Shown piece by piece: positions 48,517-57,554 of a stretch of DNA of 64,000 bases. How positions within the stretch are numbered: position 1 is the stretch's first letter; each line of letters begins with the position of its first letter. The position numbers and the translations under genes were made by a program. The notes below the pieces were generated by a model that was not told where the DNA came from, made no database searches, and saw only the letters and a program-made list of their open reading frames with translations. This stretch comes from an uncultured Leptotrichiaceae bacterium (GTDB lineage: Bacteria; Fusobacteriota; Fusobacteriia; Fusobacteriales; Leptotrichiaceae), in assembly GCA_963550915.1 (NCBI GenBank), contig CAUVEB010000007.1, forward strand, positions 8,439 to 72,438, in the 5' to 3' direction.

Positions 48517-49834
48517 TAATTTAAGTGATAAATTAAAAACAGTTATGAAAAATATAGGCGGACAAGGCAAGCTTACCGAATCAAATGTATCACAAGCATT
48601 AAAAGAGGTAAAATTAGCTTTACTTGAGGCTGATGTAAATTATACTGTTACAAAGAATTTTGTTTCAAGAATAAAAGAAAAAGCATTAGGTACACAAGTT
48701 ATAATGGGAGTTAATCCAAGACAACAATTTATAAAAATAATAAATGATGAGCTTATTGAAGTTTTAGGTGGAACAAATGTTGAGTTTTTAAAATCTGATA
48801 AAAAGCCTAGAGTAATAATACTTGTTGGACTTCAGGGAGCAGGTAAAACGACTTTTTGTGCAAAACTTGCAAAACTATTAAAAAAAGAAAAAGAAAATGT
48901 ACTTTTAGTAGGGGCAGATGTATATAGACCTGCTGCAAGAAAACAATTAAAAGTTTTAGCTGATCAAATAGGGGTTAAAAGCTTTACAATTGAAGAAGAA
49001 AATAATCCTGTTAAAATATGTACTGCTAGTAAAGAATATGCAAAAAAAGAAGATATTACAACTATAATAATAGATACAGCAGGTAGATTACATATTGATG
49101 AAGCACTTATGGGTGAATTAAAGAGTATAAAAGAAGAATTAAATCCAACTGAAATTTTATTAGCTGTTGATGGAATGACAGGTCAGGATGCTGTAAATGT
49201 ATCAAAGAGCTTTAATGATATGTTAGAAATAACAGGAGTTATACTTACAAAATTAGACGGAGACACAAGAGGTGGAGCTGCACTTTCTATAAAAGAAGTT
49301 TGTGGTAAACCAATTAAATACATAAGTGAAGGTGAAAAACTAGATGATATATCTAAGTTTTATCCAGATAGACTAGCTTCAAGAATACTTGGAATGGGAG
49401 ATGTTGTAAGTCTAGTTGAAAAGGCAAAAGATATAATAGATGAAAAAGAAGCAAAATTAATGGAAGAGAAATTCAGAAAAAATCAATTTGATTTTGAAGA
49501 TTTTCTAAAACAATTTAAAATGATAAAAAAAATGGGTTCTATAGCGGGTATATTAAAAATGTTACCAGGAGTTAATTTAGGAGATTTTGATACTAATTTA
49601 GCTGAAAAAGAACTAAAAAAAGTTGAGTCAATAATATATTCAATGACTGTTGAAGAAAGAAGAAATCCACAACTACTAAAGCTATATAACAGAAAAATGA
49701 GAATAGCAAAAGGAAGTGGGACAACAGTTACAGATATTAATAAGCTGTTAAAACAATATGAACAAATGAAACAAATGATGAAAATGTTTAACAGTGGTAA
49801 TATACCAGGTATGGGTAGATTTATGAAAAAATAG
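48509..49834 (+). CDS. ffh: signal recognition particle protein Ffh
   Basis: MFDNLSDKL N-terminus; GTPase motifs GLQGAGKTT, DTAGR, TKLDGD; Met-rich M domain. The ORF track's GTG 48491 is less likely than ATG 48509. Confidence 0.97.
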   Translation: MFDNLSDKLKTVMKNIGGQGKLTESNVSQALKEVKLALLEADVNYTVTKNFVSRIKEKALGTQVIMGVNPRQQFIKIINDELIEVLGGTNVEFLKSDKKPRVIILVGLQGAGKTTFCAKLAKLLKKEKENVLLVGADVYRPAARKQLKVLADQIGVKSFTIEEENNPVKICTASKEYAKKEDITTIIIDTAGRLHIDEALMGELKSIKEELNPTEILLAVDGMTGQDAVNVSKSFNDMLEITGVILTKLDGDTRGGAALSIKEVCGKPIKYISEGEKLDDISKFYPDRLASRILGMGDVVSLVEKAKDIIDEKEAKLMEEKFRKNQFDFEDFLKQFKMIKKMGSIAGILKMLPGVNLGDFDTNLAEKELKKVESIIYSMTVEERRNPQLLKLYNRKMRIAKGSGTTVTDINKLLKQYEQMKQMMKMFNSGNIPGMGRFMKK

Positions 49835-49857
49835 TTAATAAAGCGGAGGTAAATATA

Positions 49858-50124
49858 ATGGTAAAATTAAGACTTACAAGACTTGGAAGAAAGAAAGCAC
49901 CTTTTTATAGAGTAGCTGCAATGGAAGCTTTAGGAAAAAGAGACGGTAAAGCAATAGCTTACCTTGGAACATACAATCCTTTAGTAGCAGAAAACCAAGT
50001 TAAATTAAATGAAGAAGAAGTTTTAAGATTTTTATCAAATGGAGCACAACCAACAGAAACAGTAAAAAGCTTACTTGTTAAAGCTGGAGTATGGGCTAAA
50101 TTTGAAGAATCAAAAAGAAAATAA
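49858..50124 (+). CDS. rpsP: 30S ribosomal protein S16
   Basis: MVKLRLTRLGRKKAPFYRV signature N-terminus. Confidence 0.97.
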   Translation: MVKLRLTRLGRKKAPFYRVAAMEALGKRDGKAIAYLGTYNPLVAENQVKLNEEEVLRFLSNGAQPTETVKSLLVKAGVWAKFEESKRK

Positions 50125-50135
50125 GATGAATTTTT

Positions 50136-50173
50136 ATACTGAGAAATTGTAAAAGATTTTTCAGTATTTTTTT
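50136..50173 (+). terminator. intrinsic terminator after rpsP
   Basis: Stem atactga(gaaa)/(tttt)tcagtat followed by T6. Confidence 0.6.
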
Positions 50174-50187
50174 ATTAATAAACGCAG

Positions 50188-50216
50188 TTGTTAAAAACAC
50201 ATAAACATTATATAAT
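50188..50216 (+). promoter_or_regulatory. sigma-70-type promoter (TTGTTA-17-TATAAT)
   Basis: Read directly; 37 nt upstream of the polA ATG. Confidence 0.5.
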
Positions 50217-50253
50217 ATATCTGTTATTATAAAAAAGGGAGCTAAAATTAAAA

Positions 50254-52815
50254 ATGAATAAGGTATTACTATTAGATATGAGTGCAATTATGTATAAATC
50301 ACATTTTGCAATGTCTAAATTAAAGACATCAACAGGATTTTTTACAGGTGCGATTTTAGGGTTTGTAACACAACTTGAAATAGCATTAAAAGAAATTGAG
50401 CCAACACATATAGGTGCAACTTTTGATGTTAAAAGATCAACACTTGAGAGAACGAAGTTATTTGCTGATTACAAGAAAAAAAGAAAAGAAATGCCAACAG
50501 AACTAAGAGAACAAATACCAATAATTGAAGAAATACTAGATGCATATAAGATAAAGAGATTTTCAAAAGAAATGCATGAGGCAGATGATGTTATTGCAAG
50601 TCTTACTGAATTTGCAAAGAAAAACAATAGTATAGTCCATATACTAACAGGTGATAAAGATTTAGAACAACTTGTAAGTGATGATGAAAATGTTGTAATA
50701 CATTTACTTGGTAAGGATTTTAGTGTAAAAAACAGAGCTGATGTTAAAGAACATTTAAAAATATATCCTGAACAAATACCTGATTTTTTTGGTTTAAAAG
50801 GCGATAGTGCTGACGGCATACCTGGTGTATTTGGTATAGGAGATTCAAACGGTATACCTTTAATTGAAGAATTTTCAACATTAGAAAATATATATAATAA
50901 TCTTGATAAGATAAAAGATAGTATAAGAAATAAGCTGATAAAAGATAAGGAACAAGCCTTTTTATGTAGAGAATTAGCTTATGTAAAAAAAGATATTGAT
51001 TTTAATATATCAATGGAAGATATAGAAATAAAAGAAAAAGATATATCAAAACTAAAAAATATATATGTAAGTTATGAACTTAAAAAATTATTATCATCTA
51101 TTGAAGCTCATGATGAAAAAGAGAATATAGCTTATGAAAACGTTAGTTTTAACACCCTTATATCACATATATCAAAAGCAAAGGATGTATCTTTTTATTG
51201 TGATGATAAATATATAAGTGCAAATATAGAAGATAATATATATATAGTTAAAAATGAAAGCGAAAATACACTTTTTAATACTGAAAAAATTGATTTTACA
51301 CTTTTACCCAAAAATGTTAACTATATTTTATATGATGCAAAAAAATATATGCATTTAGGATTAGATTTAAAAGATAATTTTTTTGATATATTAATAGCTT
51401 CATATGTTTTAAATACTCAAGCTAAACTTGAACTTGAAGAATTATATGCTTTTTATTTCTCAAAGCAATTACCAAGTTATGATAAAAAAGAACAAAAAAA
51501 ATTAAGCCTAGAAGAAATAGAAAATATTGATAAATTAAGAGTAACTACTATAGTTTCATCACTTACTAAGATAAAAGATATATTAGAATCAAAATTATCT
51601 AAATATGATCCTGAAAATACATATGAAAAGATAGAAAAGCCATTAATTTCTGTCCTATACTCTATGGAAAAAAATGGAATTAAAATAGACAAAAATAAAT
51701 TTAAAGATCTTGAAAATGAATTTATAGCTCTTGTTGAAAATTCAAAAGATAAAATACAAAAATTAGCTGGTGAAGAGTTTAATCTTGATTCTCCTAAGCA
51801 ATTAGGACATATTTTATTTGAAAAAATGAATTTACCAATTATAAAGAAATCTAAAACAGGATATTCAACAGATGTTAGTGTTTTAGAAGAACTTGCAGAA
51901 CGTGATATAGAAATAGCTAAAGAAATGTTGGATTATAGATTTTATAGAAAATTACTGTCTACATATCTTGAACCTATACCTAAATTTGCTGATGAAAAAA
52001 GTAGAGTACATAGTGTATTTAATGGTACAGGAACTGCAACAGGAAGATTATCATCAAATAATCCAAACTTACAAAATATACCTGCTAGAACAGTTGAAGG
52101 TACTAAGATTAGAAGTTGCTTTATAGCAGATGAAGGAATGTCTCTTGTTTCATTTGACTATTCACAAATTGAACTAAGAGTACTTGCAAAATTATCAGAA
52201 GATGAAAATTTATTAAGTGCATATAAAGATGATTTAGATTTACATGAACTTACAGCAAGAAAACTATTTTTAAAACCTAGTGGAGAGATAACAAAATTAG
52301 AAAGAAGTATTGCAAAAACAATTAACTTTAGTGTACTTTATGGTAAAACACCTTATGGTTTATCAAAAGAGCTTAAAATACCTATTGAAGATGCTAAAAA
52401 ATATATTGATACATATTTTAAAGGTTATCCAAAAGTTGCTCCATTTTTAAATGAAATACTACAAAATGCAATAAAAAATGGTTATGTAACAACATTATTT
52501 GGTACAAGAAGATATATACATGATGTTAAATCAGATAACAAACTTATCTTTGAACAAGGTAAAAGAATGGCTATAAATACTGTAGTACAAGGGACTGCTG
52601 CTAATATAATAAAAATGGTAATGATAAAATTACATAAATTAGGTTATAAAATGTTAATACAAGTACATGATGAATTAATATTTGAGTTACCAAAAGAAAA
52701 GGCAAATGAACTAGCAAAAGAAATAAAAGAAATAATGGAAAACACTATTGATTTTGAAATCGTTAAATTAAAAGTGAACCTATCTATAGGAGATAATTGG
52801 GGTGAACTTAAATGA
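50254..52815 (+). CDS. polA: DNA polymerase I
   Basis: 5'-nuclease/H3TH (GLKGDSADGIPGV); family A motifs A (SFDYSQIELRVLA), B (RSIAKTINFSVLYG) and C (QVHDEL). Confidence 0.95.
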   Translation: MNKVLLLDMSAIMYKSHFAMSKLKTSTGFFTGAILGFVTQLEIALKEIEPTHIGATFDVKRSTLERTKLFADYKKKRKEMPTELREQIPIIEEILDAYKIKRFSKEMHEADDVIASLTEFAKKNNSIVHILTGDKDLEQLVSDDENVVIHLLGKDFSVKNRADVKEHLKIYPEQIPDFFGLKGDSADGIPGVFGIGDSNGIPLIEEFSTLENIYNNLDKIKDSIRNKLIKDKEQAFLCRELAYVKKDIDFNISMEDIEIKEKDISKLKNIYVSYELKKLLSSIEAHDEKENIAYENVSFNTLISHISKAKDVSFYCDDKYISANIEDNIYIVKNESENTLFNTEKIDFTLLPKNVNYILYDAKKYMHLGLDLKDNFFDILIASYVLNTQAKLELEELYAFYFSKQLPSYDKKEQKKLSLEEIENIDKLRVTTIVSSLTKIKDILESKLSKYDPENTYEKIEKPLISVLYSMEKNGIKIDKNKFKDLENEFIALVENSKDKIQKLAGEEFNLDSPKQLGHILFEKMNLPIIKKSKTGYSTDVSVLEELAERDIEIAKEMLDYRFYRKLLSTYLEPIPKFADEKSRVHSVFNGTGTATGRLSSNNPNLQNIPARTVEGTKIRSCFIADEGMSLVSFDYSQIELRVLAKLSEDENLLSAYKDDLDLHELTARKLFLKPSGEITKLERSIAKTINFSVLYGKTPYGLSKELKIPIEDAKKYIDTYFKGYPKVAPFLNEILQNAIKNGYVTTLFGTRRYIHDVKSDNKLIFEQGKRMAINTVVQGTAANIIKMVMIKLHKLGYKMLIQVHDELIFELPKEKANELAKEIKEIMENTIDFEIVKLKVNLSIGDNWGELK

Positions 52816-53489
52816 GTATATTAAAGGGAATGAAAAAAGGCTTACCACTTTCAATCGCCTATTTTCCGTTTGCTTTTACCTTGGGTCTTATAGCAAAAAA
52901 TTACGGAGTAACACCTTTTAATATATTTATTATGACTTGTATAGTTTATGCAGGTAGTAGTGAAGTTATAATAATGAGGCTATTATTTGATAGTGGAGCG
53001 ACAATATTTCAAACTATCGTTGCAGCCATTGTCATTAACATCAGATATGCCCTTATTAATACTAGTATATTAAAAAAACAAGAAAAAGAAGATAAGAATA
53101 TAAAAATATTAAGTACTATCTTATTAACAGATGAAAGTGTTGCATATCTAACTATTAAAAAAATATATAATGTATATGAGACATTTGGATTTGGTCTTAT
53201 TGGATATATATTCTTTTGCTCTTTTACATTAACTGGAGCTATAATAGGAGAATATATACCACTAAAATACACAAACTCACTTAATTTTACTTTATATGCA
53301 ATATTTTTAAGTTTACTTGTATCAACCTTAATTTTAAATTATAGATATATAATAATAGTGATAGCTACTTTAATTATAAAAATATTACTAACATATTTTA
53401 ATGTACAACCTGCTATTACTACATTATTATCAATAATAATAGGATCTGGTATTTATACTATAATAAAAGTGGGTGTAAAAAATGAATAA
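52812..53489 (+). CDS. azlC: AzlC-family branched-chain amino acid exporter subunit
   Basis: 225-aa multi-TM ORF with AzlC-like N-terminus (GLPLSIAYFPFAFTLGL..A); ATGA overlap with the polA stop; followed by an azlD-like gene. Confidence 0.75.
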   Translation: MSILKGMKKGLPLSIAYFPFAFTLGLIAKNYGVTPFNIFIMTCIVYAGSSEVIIMRLLFDSGATIFQTIVAAIVINIRYALINTSILKKQEKEDKNIKILSTILLTDESVAYLTIKKIYNVYETFGFGLIGYIFFCSFTLTGAIIGEYIPLKYTNSLNFTLYAIFLSLLVSTLILNYRYIIIVIATLIIKILLTYFNVQPAITTLLSIIIGSGIYTIIKVGVKNE

Positions 53490-53814
53490 TTACAATTTTT
53501 ATATCATCATATTATTTGTATCACTTTTTACATTTATGATAAGATTAGTGCCTGTATATTTTAAATTACCTGAAAACAATAAGTATATTAATACTTTTTT
53601 TGATGTATTGCCTATATCAATATTGACAATACTTGCCTTACCTGAAGTTTTTACATCTGTAGGTAAAAGTGTAAGCGATATAATAATAACTATAATAGCA
53701 ATGATATTTGTATCTTATTTTACCTATAAAAAGAAAAATTTAATATTAATTGTATTTGGTTCGTTATCTATTGTTTTAATATTAAAGGAGATAATAAATT
53801 ATGGAAGTTTTTGA
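53482..53814 (+). CDS. azlD: AzlD-family small membrane protein
   Basis: 110 aa, 3-4 TM; FMIRLVPVYF motif; overlaps azlC by 8 nt. Confidence 0.7.
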   Translation: MNNYNFYIIILFVSLFTFMIRLVPVYFKLPENNKYINTFFDVLPISILTILALPEVFTSVGKSVSDIIITIIAMIFVSYFTYKKKNLILIVFGSLSIVLILKEIINYGSF

Positions 53815-54883
53815 GATAAAAAAAGAAGTAAATCAGATATATGAGAGTATAAAAGATTCATTTAATATAGAAAATACAAATAATGAGATAAAAATACTTG
53901 AAGAGAAAATGCAAGTAGAAGGTTTTTGGGAAAGTAAAGAAAATCTTGATGTAATACAAGAATTAAATGTAAAAAAATCACATATAAATGATGTTAATAA
54001 AATACAAGAACTATACAGTAATATTGAAGTTTTAATAGAATTCATTGAATTAGGAGATGAACATTCACAAAAAGAACTTGAAGAAAACTTTAATGAATTT
54101 TTAGAACTTTCAAAAGAATATAATAATAAAATATTACTAAATGGTAAATATGATATAAATAATGCTATTGTAACTATAAATGCAGGAGCTGGTGGAACAG
54201 AAGCTTGTGATTGGGCTAATATGCTATTTAGAATGTATGAAAGATGGACTCAAAAAAAAGGATTTAAAATGAGTGTACTTGATATGTTAGCTGGAGATGA
54301 AACAGGTATTAAGAGTATAACCTTTAATGTTAAAGGTGAATATGCTTACGGATATCTATCATGTGAAAAAGGAGTTCATAGACTTGTTAGAATATCGCCT
54401 TTTGATTCAAATGCAAGAAGACATACTTCTTTTGTTGCAGTAAATGTAACTCCTGAAATTGAAAATGACGTTGATATAAAGCTTGATATGTCTGATATAA
54501 GTGTTGATACATATAGAGCATCAGGAGCTGGTGGTCAACACGTAAATACAACAGATTCAGCAGTTAGATTAACACATATTCCAACTGGTATAGTTGTAAC
54601 TTGTCAAAATGAGCGTTCTCAAATACAAAATAGAGAAACAGCACTTAAAATTTTAAAATCTAAACTTTTTGAGCTTGAGTTAAAAAGAAGAGAACAAGAA
54701 ATACAAGATATAAAGGGTGTGGAGAATAAGATTGAATGGGGAAGTCAAATAAGATCTTATGTTATGCAACCATATAAACTAGTAAAAGACCATAGAACAA
54801 AATTTGAAGAGGCAAATGTTGAAAAGGTTATGAATGGAGATATTGATGACTTTATAACTAGCTATTTAAAAACAAAAATATAA
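53801..54883 (+). CDS. prfB: peptide chain release factor 2 (uninterrupted ORF)
   Basis: SPF tripeptide (RISPFDS) and GGQ (SGAGGQHVNTTDSAV); single ORF with no +1 frameshift site. Confidence 0.95.
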   Translation: MEVFEIKKEVNQIYESIKDSFNIENTNNEIKILEEKMQVEGFWESKENLDVIQELNVKKSHINDVNKIQELYSNIEVLIEFIELGDEHSQKELEENFNEFLELSKEYNNKILLNGKYDINNAIVTINAGAGGTEACDWANMLFRMYERWTQKKGFKMSVLDMLAGDETGIKSITFNVKGEYAYGYLSCEKGVHRLVRISPFDSNARRHTSFVAVNVTPEIENDVDIKLDMSDISVDTYRASGAGGQHVNTTDSAVRLTHIPTGIVVTCQNERSQIQNRETALKILKSKLFELELKRREQEIQDIKGVENKIEWGSQIRSYVMQPYKLVKDHRTKFEEANVEKVMNGDIDDFITSYLKTKI

Positions 54884-54886
54884 AAT

Positions 54887-54916
54887 AAAAAGCTAATCTT
54901 ATGATTAGCTTTTTTT
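54887..54916. terminator. bidirectional terminator (prfB / spoVG convergent)
   Basis: Stem aaaagctaatc/gattagctttt, loop ttat, A-run and T-run flanks. Confidence 0.8.
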
Positions 54917-54920
54917 AATA

Positions 54921-55196
54921 TTAGTCTTCTTTAACTTTTTCTTCTTCATATTTAGCTAAGATTTCATCTGTTATAGCTTTTCTAAATTCAGGTTGTATTG
55001 GATGAACGATATCCTTAAATTCGTTATTTGCTATTTTCTTAGAAGGCATTGCGATGAATAAACCATTTTGACCTTCTATAATTTTTAATCCGTGAACTAC
55101 AAAGCATTCATCAAAAGTTATGTCAACATAAGCTTTTAATTTTAAATCGTCTTCAGTTCCTTTTACAAGTCTAACTCTAATATCTGTAATCTTCAT
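54921..55196 (-). CDS. spoVG: SpoVG family protein
   Basis: MKITDIRVRL...KAYVDITFDECFVVHGLKIIEGQNGLFIAMPSKK signature; ATG 55196 preceded by GAGGT. The longer ORF-track start at 55289 is hydrophobic junk. Confidence 0.9.
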   Translation of the reverse strand: MKITDIRVRLVKGTEDDLKLKAYVDITFDECFVVHGLKIIEGQNGLFIAMPSKKIANNEFKDIVHPIQPEFRKAITDEILAKYEEEKVKED

Positions 55197-55356
55197 TACT
55201 GCAACCTCACTTTTCGTACTTAATTTAATAGAGTATAACACTATTTTAGCAAAAAGCAAGGAAATTAAATGAATAAATACTATATTCAAAGTTTTTAAAT
55301 AAAGAAAAAAATCTAAACAGCTTAAAAATTAGGTTGTAAAAATAATTTAACTTTTT

Positions 55357-56181
55357 TTATTTACTCTCAACCCATAGAACAGCGTCATATGATACTTCAA
55401 TACCGTCAACATCATCAATGTTTCCAGCTCCTAAAGCTGCAAATCCCCATTGCCCTTTTTCTGTAAGAACATATGAGAACATACCGTTTGCATCAGCAAA
55501 AATAACATTTTCTGCGTTTCTTGTTTTAGGATTACCAACAAAAGAACTATTCTTAACTTCATAATTTCTAAATTCTACTTCAATTTCAGCATTAGGTACA
55601 GGATTACCCCAATCATCAACAACCATACCTGTGAAAATTTGTCCTTTATATAATTTTGTTGGATTTACAAATGGTATAATTTCAGGTACACCTTTAACTG
55701 ATTTTACAGTTTTAATTGCTTTTTCATTCCATTTTTCAGTTTCGATTTCTCCTCTTTGAAGATAAACTTTAGCAACTTGTTTAATATATATATTTTCAGA
55801 TTCTTCATAATATGGTGCAGGGTTAAAAATTAATACATAAGTACCAGAACCTTTTAAACCTGTTGTTTTATCTAAAGTAAATTTATATGATAAGCCTTTA
55901 TTATTTGCTTTACCAAATGTGCTTTTTACAAGATAAGGTTTTGCATCAATAATTTTGTCTCCTTTTTTTACAATAAAAGAAACAACATCGTGTATATCTC
56001 CACTCTTGTCCTTACCTATATTCATTGTATGACCATTTGAAGCTGGGTGAGTAAATACAATTTCAAAAGGTATACTTGTTGTATTCATACCAACGTTTAA
56101 GCTTTTTGTATTTATCATTTGAAAGTGTGAAAATGACACGCTTGATAGTATAAATGATAATAATATTAGTGTTTTTTTCAT
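55357..56181 (-). CDS. DUF4198-like secreted protein (periplasmic Ni/Co-type binding component, COG5266-like)
   Basis: Signal peptide with predicted cleavage SFS|HFQ, leaving an N-terminal His; C-terminal transthyretin/CarboxypepD_reg-like segment GQIFTGMVVDDWGNPVPNAEIEVEF. Confidence 0.65.
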   Translation of the reverse strand: MKKTLILLSFILSSVSFSHFQMINTKSLNVGMNTTSIPFEIVFTHPASNGHTMNIGKDKSGDIHDVVSFIVKKGDKIIDAKPYLVKSTFGKANNKGLSYKFTLDKTTGLKGSGTYVLIFNPAPYYEESENIYIKQVAKVYLQRGEIETEKWNEKAIKTVKSVKGVPEIIPFVNPTKLYKGQIFTGMVVDDWGNPVPNAEIEVEFRNYEVKNSSFVGNPKTRNAENVIFADANGMFSYVLTEKGQWGFAALGAGNIDDVDGIEVSYDAVLWVESK

Positions 56182-56211
56182 AAAAACTTCCTTTCATAAT
56201 TTATTTATTTA

Positions 56212-56240
56212 ATTATATATCATATGTAATATAATGTAAA
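56212..56240 (-). promoter_or_regulatory. sigma-70-type promoter (TTTACA-17-TATAAT) overlapped by an AT-rich palindrome
   Basis: Read on the minus strand; 30 nt upstream of the DUF4198-like ATG. Confidence 0.5.
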
Positions 56241-56275
56241 TTAAAAATAAAAAGAAACTGTTAAAAACAGTTTCT
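56241..56275 (-). terminator. intrinsic terminator after ackA
   Basis: Perfect 10-bp stem agaaactgtt/aacagtttct, followed on the minus strand by ttttattttt. Confidence 0.8.
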
Positions 56276-56278
56276 AAG

Positions 56279-57475
56279 TTATTTGTTGATAAGCTCTTCA
56301 ACATCTTTTGCAATTACTAATTCTTCGTTAGTGCTAATTTTAAATACTTTAACTTTTGAATTTTCTGTTGATAAAACTAGATCTTCAGGCACTCTTTTTG
56401 CGTTTTGTGATAAATCTAAATCAACACCAAGCACTTTAAGTCTTTTACATACTTCTTCTCTTGTTTCGTGTGAATTTTCACCAATACCACCAGTAAATAC
56501 GATAGCATCAAGACCGCCTAATTGTACATAATAAGAGCCAATATATGAAACAATTTTACTACAGAATATATCAAATGCTAATTTTGCTTTTTTATCTCCA
56601 TCCAACATAGCAAAAGTTAAATCTCTATTATCTGATTTTCCAAATATACCAAGCATACCAGATTTTTTATTAAGTCTTTCCATTGCTTCAGATCTTGATA
56701 AATGTCTTTTTTCCATTAGATATAAAATAATAGCTGGATCTATATCTCCACTTCTAGTTCCCATAGGTATACCTGATAAAGGTGTAAATCCCATAGAAGT
56801 ATCAATAGATTTACCGTCTTTAACAGCAGTTATAGAAGCACCATTTCCTAAATGGCAAACTATGATTTTACTATTTTCATTACCTAGCATAGATATAGCT
56901 TTTTTACTAACATATCTAACAGATGTACCGTGAAAACCATATTTTCTGATGTTTAATTCTTCATAATCTTCATAAGGTATAGCGTATATATATTTTTCAG
57001 GTTCTAATGTATGATGAAATGCAGTATCAAAAACTAATACATTAGTTTTGTTTGGCATAAGTCTTTTACATACCATTACACCTTTAATATTTGCTGGATT
57101 ATGTAGAGGTGCTAGTTTATTTGCAAGTTCAAGCGTTTTTAATACTTCATCTGTAACTATAGTTGATTTTGTAAACCATTCACCACCGTGCACTACACGA
57201 TGACCTATTGCTTCAATTTCATCTAATTTTTTTACTACTCCTATTTCTTTATCAAGTAAAGATTTAAGTACATGTTCTAATGCTACTGTATGATTTTTAA
57301 AATGATGCGGTTCATTTTTTCTTTTTAATTTCTTTTCAACGTTTTCAACAGTAAATGTTGAATTTTCATTTCCTATTCTTTCACATATTCCTTTAATTAA
57401 AGTTTTAGATGAATCTGTTTCAATAACTTGAAATTTAATTGATGAACTTCCGCTGTTTAAAACAAATATTTTCAT
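56279..57475 (-). CDS. ackA: acetate kinase
   Basis: MKIFVLNSGSSSIKFQ N-terminus, AIGHRVVHGG and VFTGGIGEN motifs; ATG 57475 follows GGAG at 5-nt spacing. Confidence 0.95.
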   Translation of the reverse strand: MKIFVLNSGSSSIKFQVIETDSSKTLIKGICERIGNENSTFTVENVEKKLKRKNEPHHFKNHTVALEHVLKSLLDKEIGVVKKLDEIEAIGHRVVHGGEWFTKSTIVTDEVLKTLELANKLAPLHNPANIKGVMVCKRLMPNKTNVLVFDTAFHHTLEPEKYIYAIPYEDYEELNIRKYGFHGTSVRYVSKKAISMLGNENSKIIVCHLGNGASITAVKDGKSIDTSMGFTPLSGIPMGTRSGDIDPAIILYLMEKRHLSRSEAMERLNKKSGMLGIFGKSDNRDLTFAMLDGDKKAKLAFDIFCSKIVSYIGSYYVQLGGLDAIVFTGGIGENSHETREEVCKRLKVLGVDLDLSQNAKRVPEDLVLSTENSKVKVFKISTNEELVIAKDVEELINK

Positions 57476-57518
57476 AATAACTCCTTTCTGATTTATCAAT
57501 ATACTTAATTATACCCTG

Positions 57519-57550
57519 AAAATAAAAAAAGTTGAGAAATTTTTCTCAAC
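57519..57550 (-). terminator. intrinsic terminator after the orphan SBP gene
   Basis: Stem gttgagaa/ttctcaac followed on the minus strand by T7-rich run. Confidence 0.7.
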
Positions 57551-57554
57551 AATT

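Noticed and set aside
49858-50253. rpsP is followed by a terminator and polA rather than the common KH-protein/rimM/trmD/rplS genes
   Set aside because: This is a synteny difference only. The sequence gives no sign of rearrangement scars or mobile elements, and it cannot be evaluated without the rest of the genome.
53801-53900. Looked for the canonical RF2 +1 frameshift site (CUU UGA) and an upstream short ORF
   Set aside because: The conserved RF2 N-terminal region is encoded in the same frame as the rest of the protein and no in-frame stop is present.
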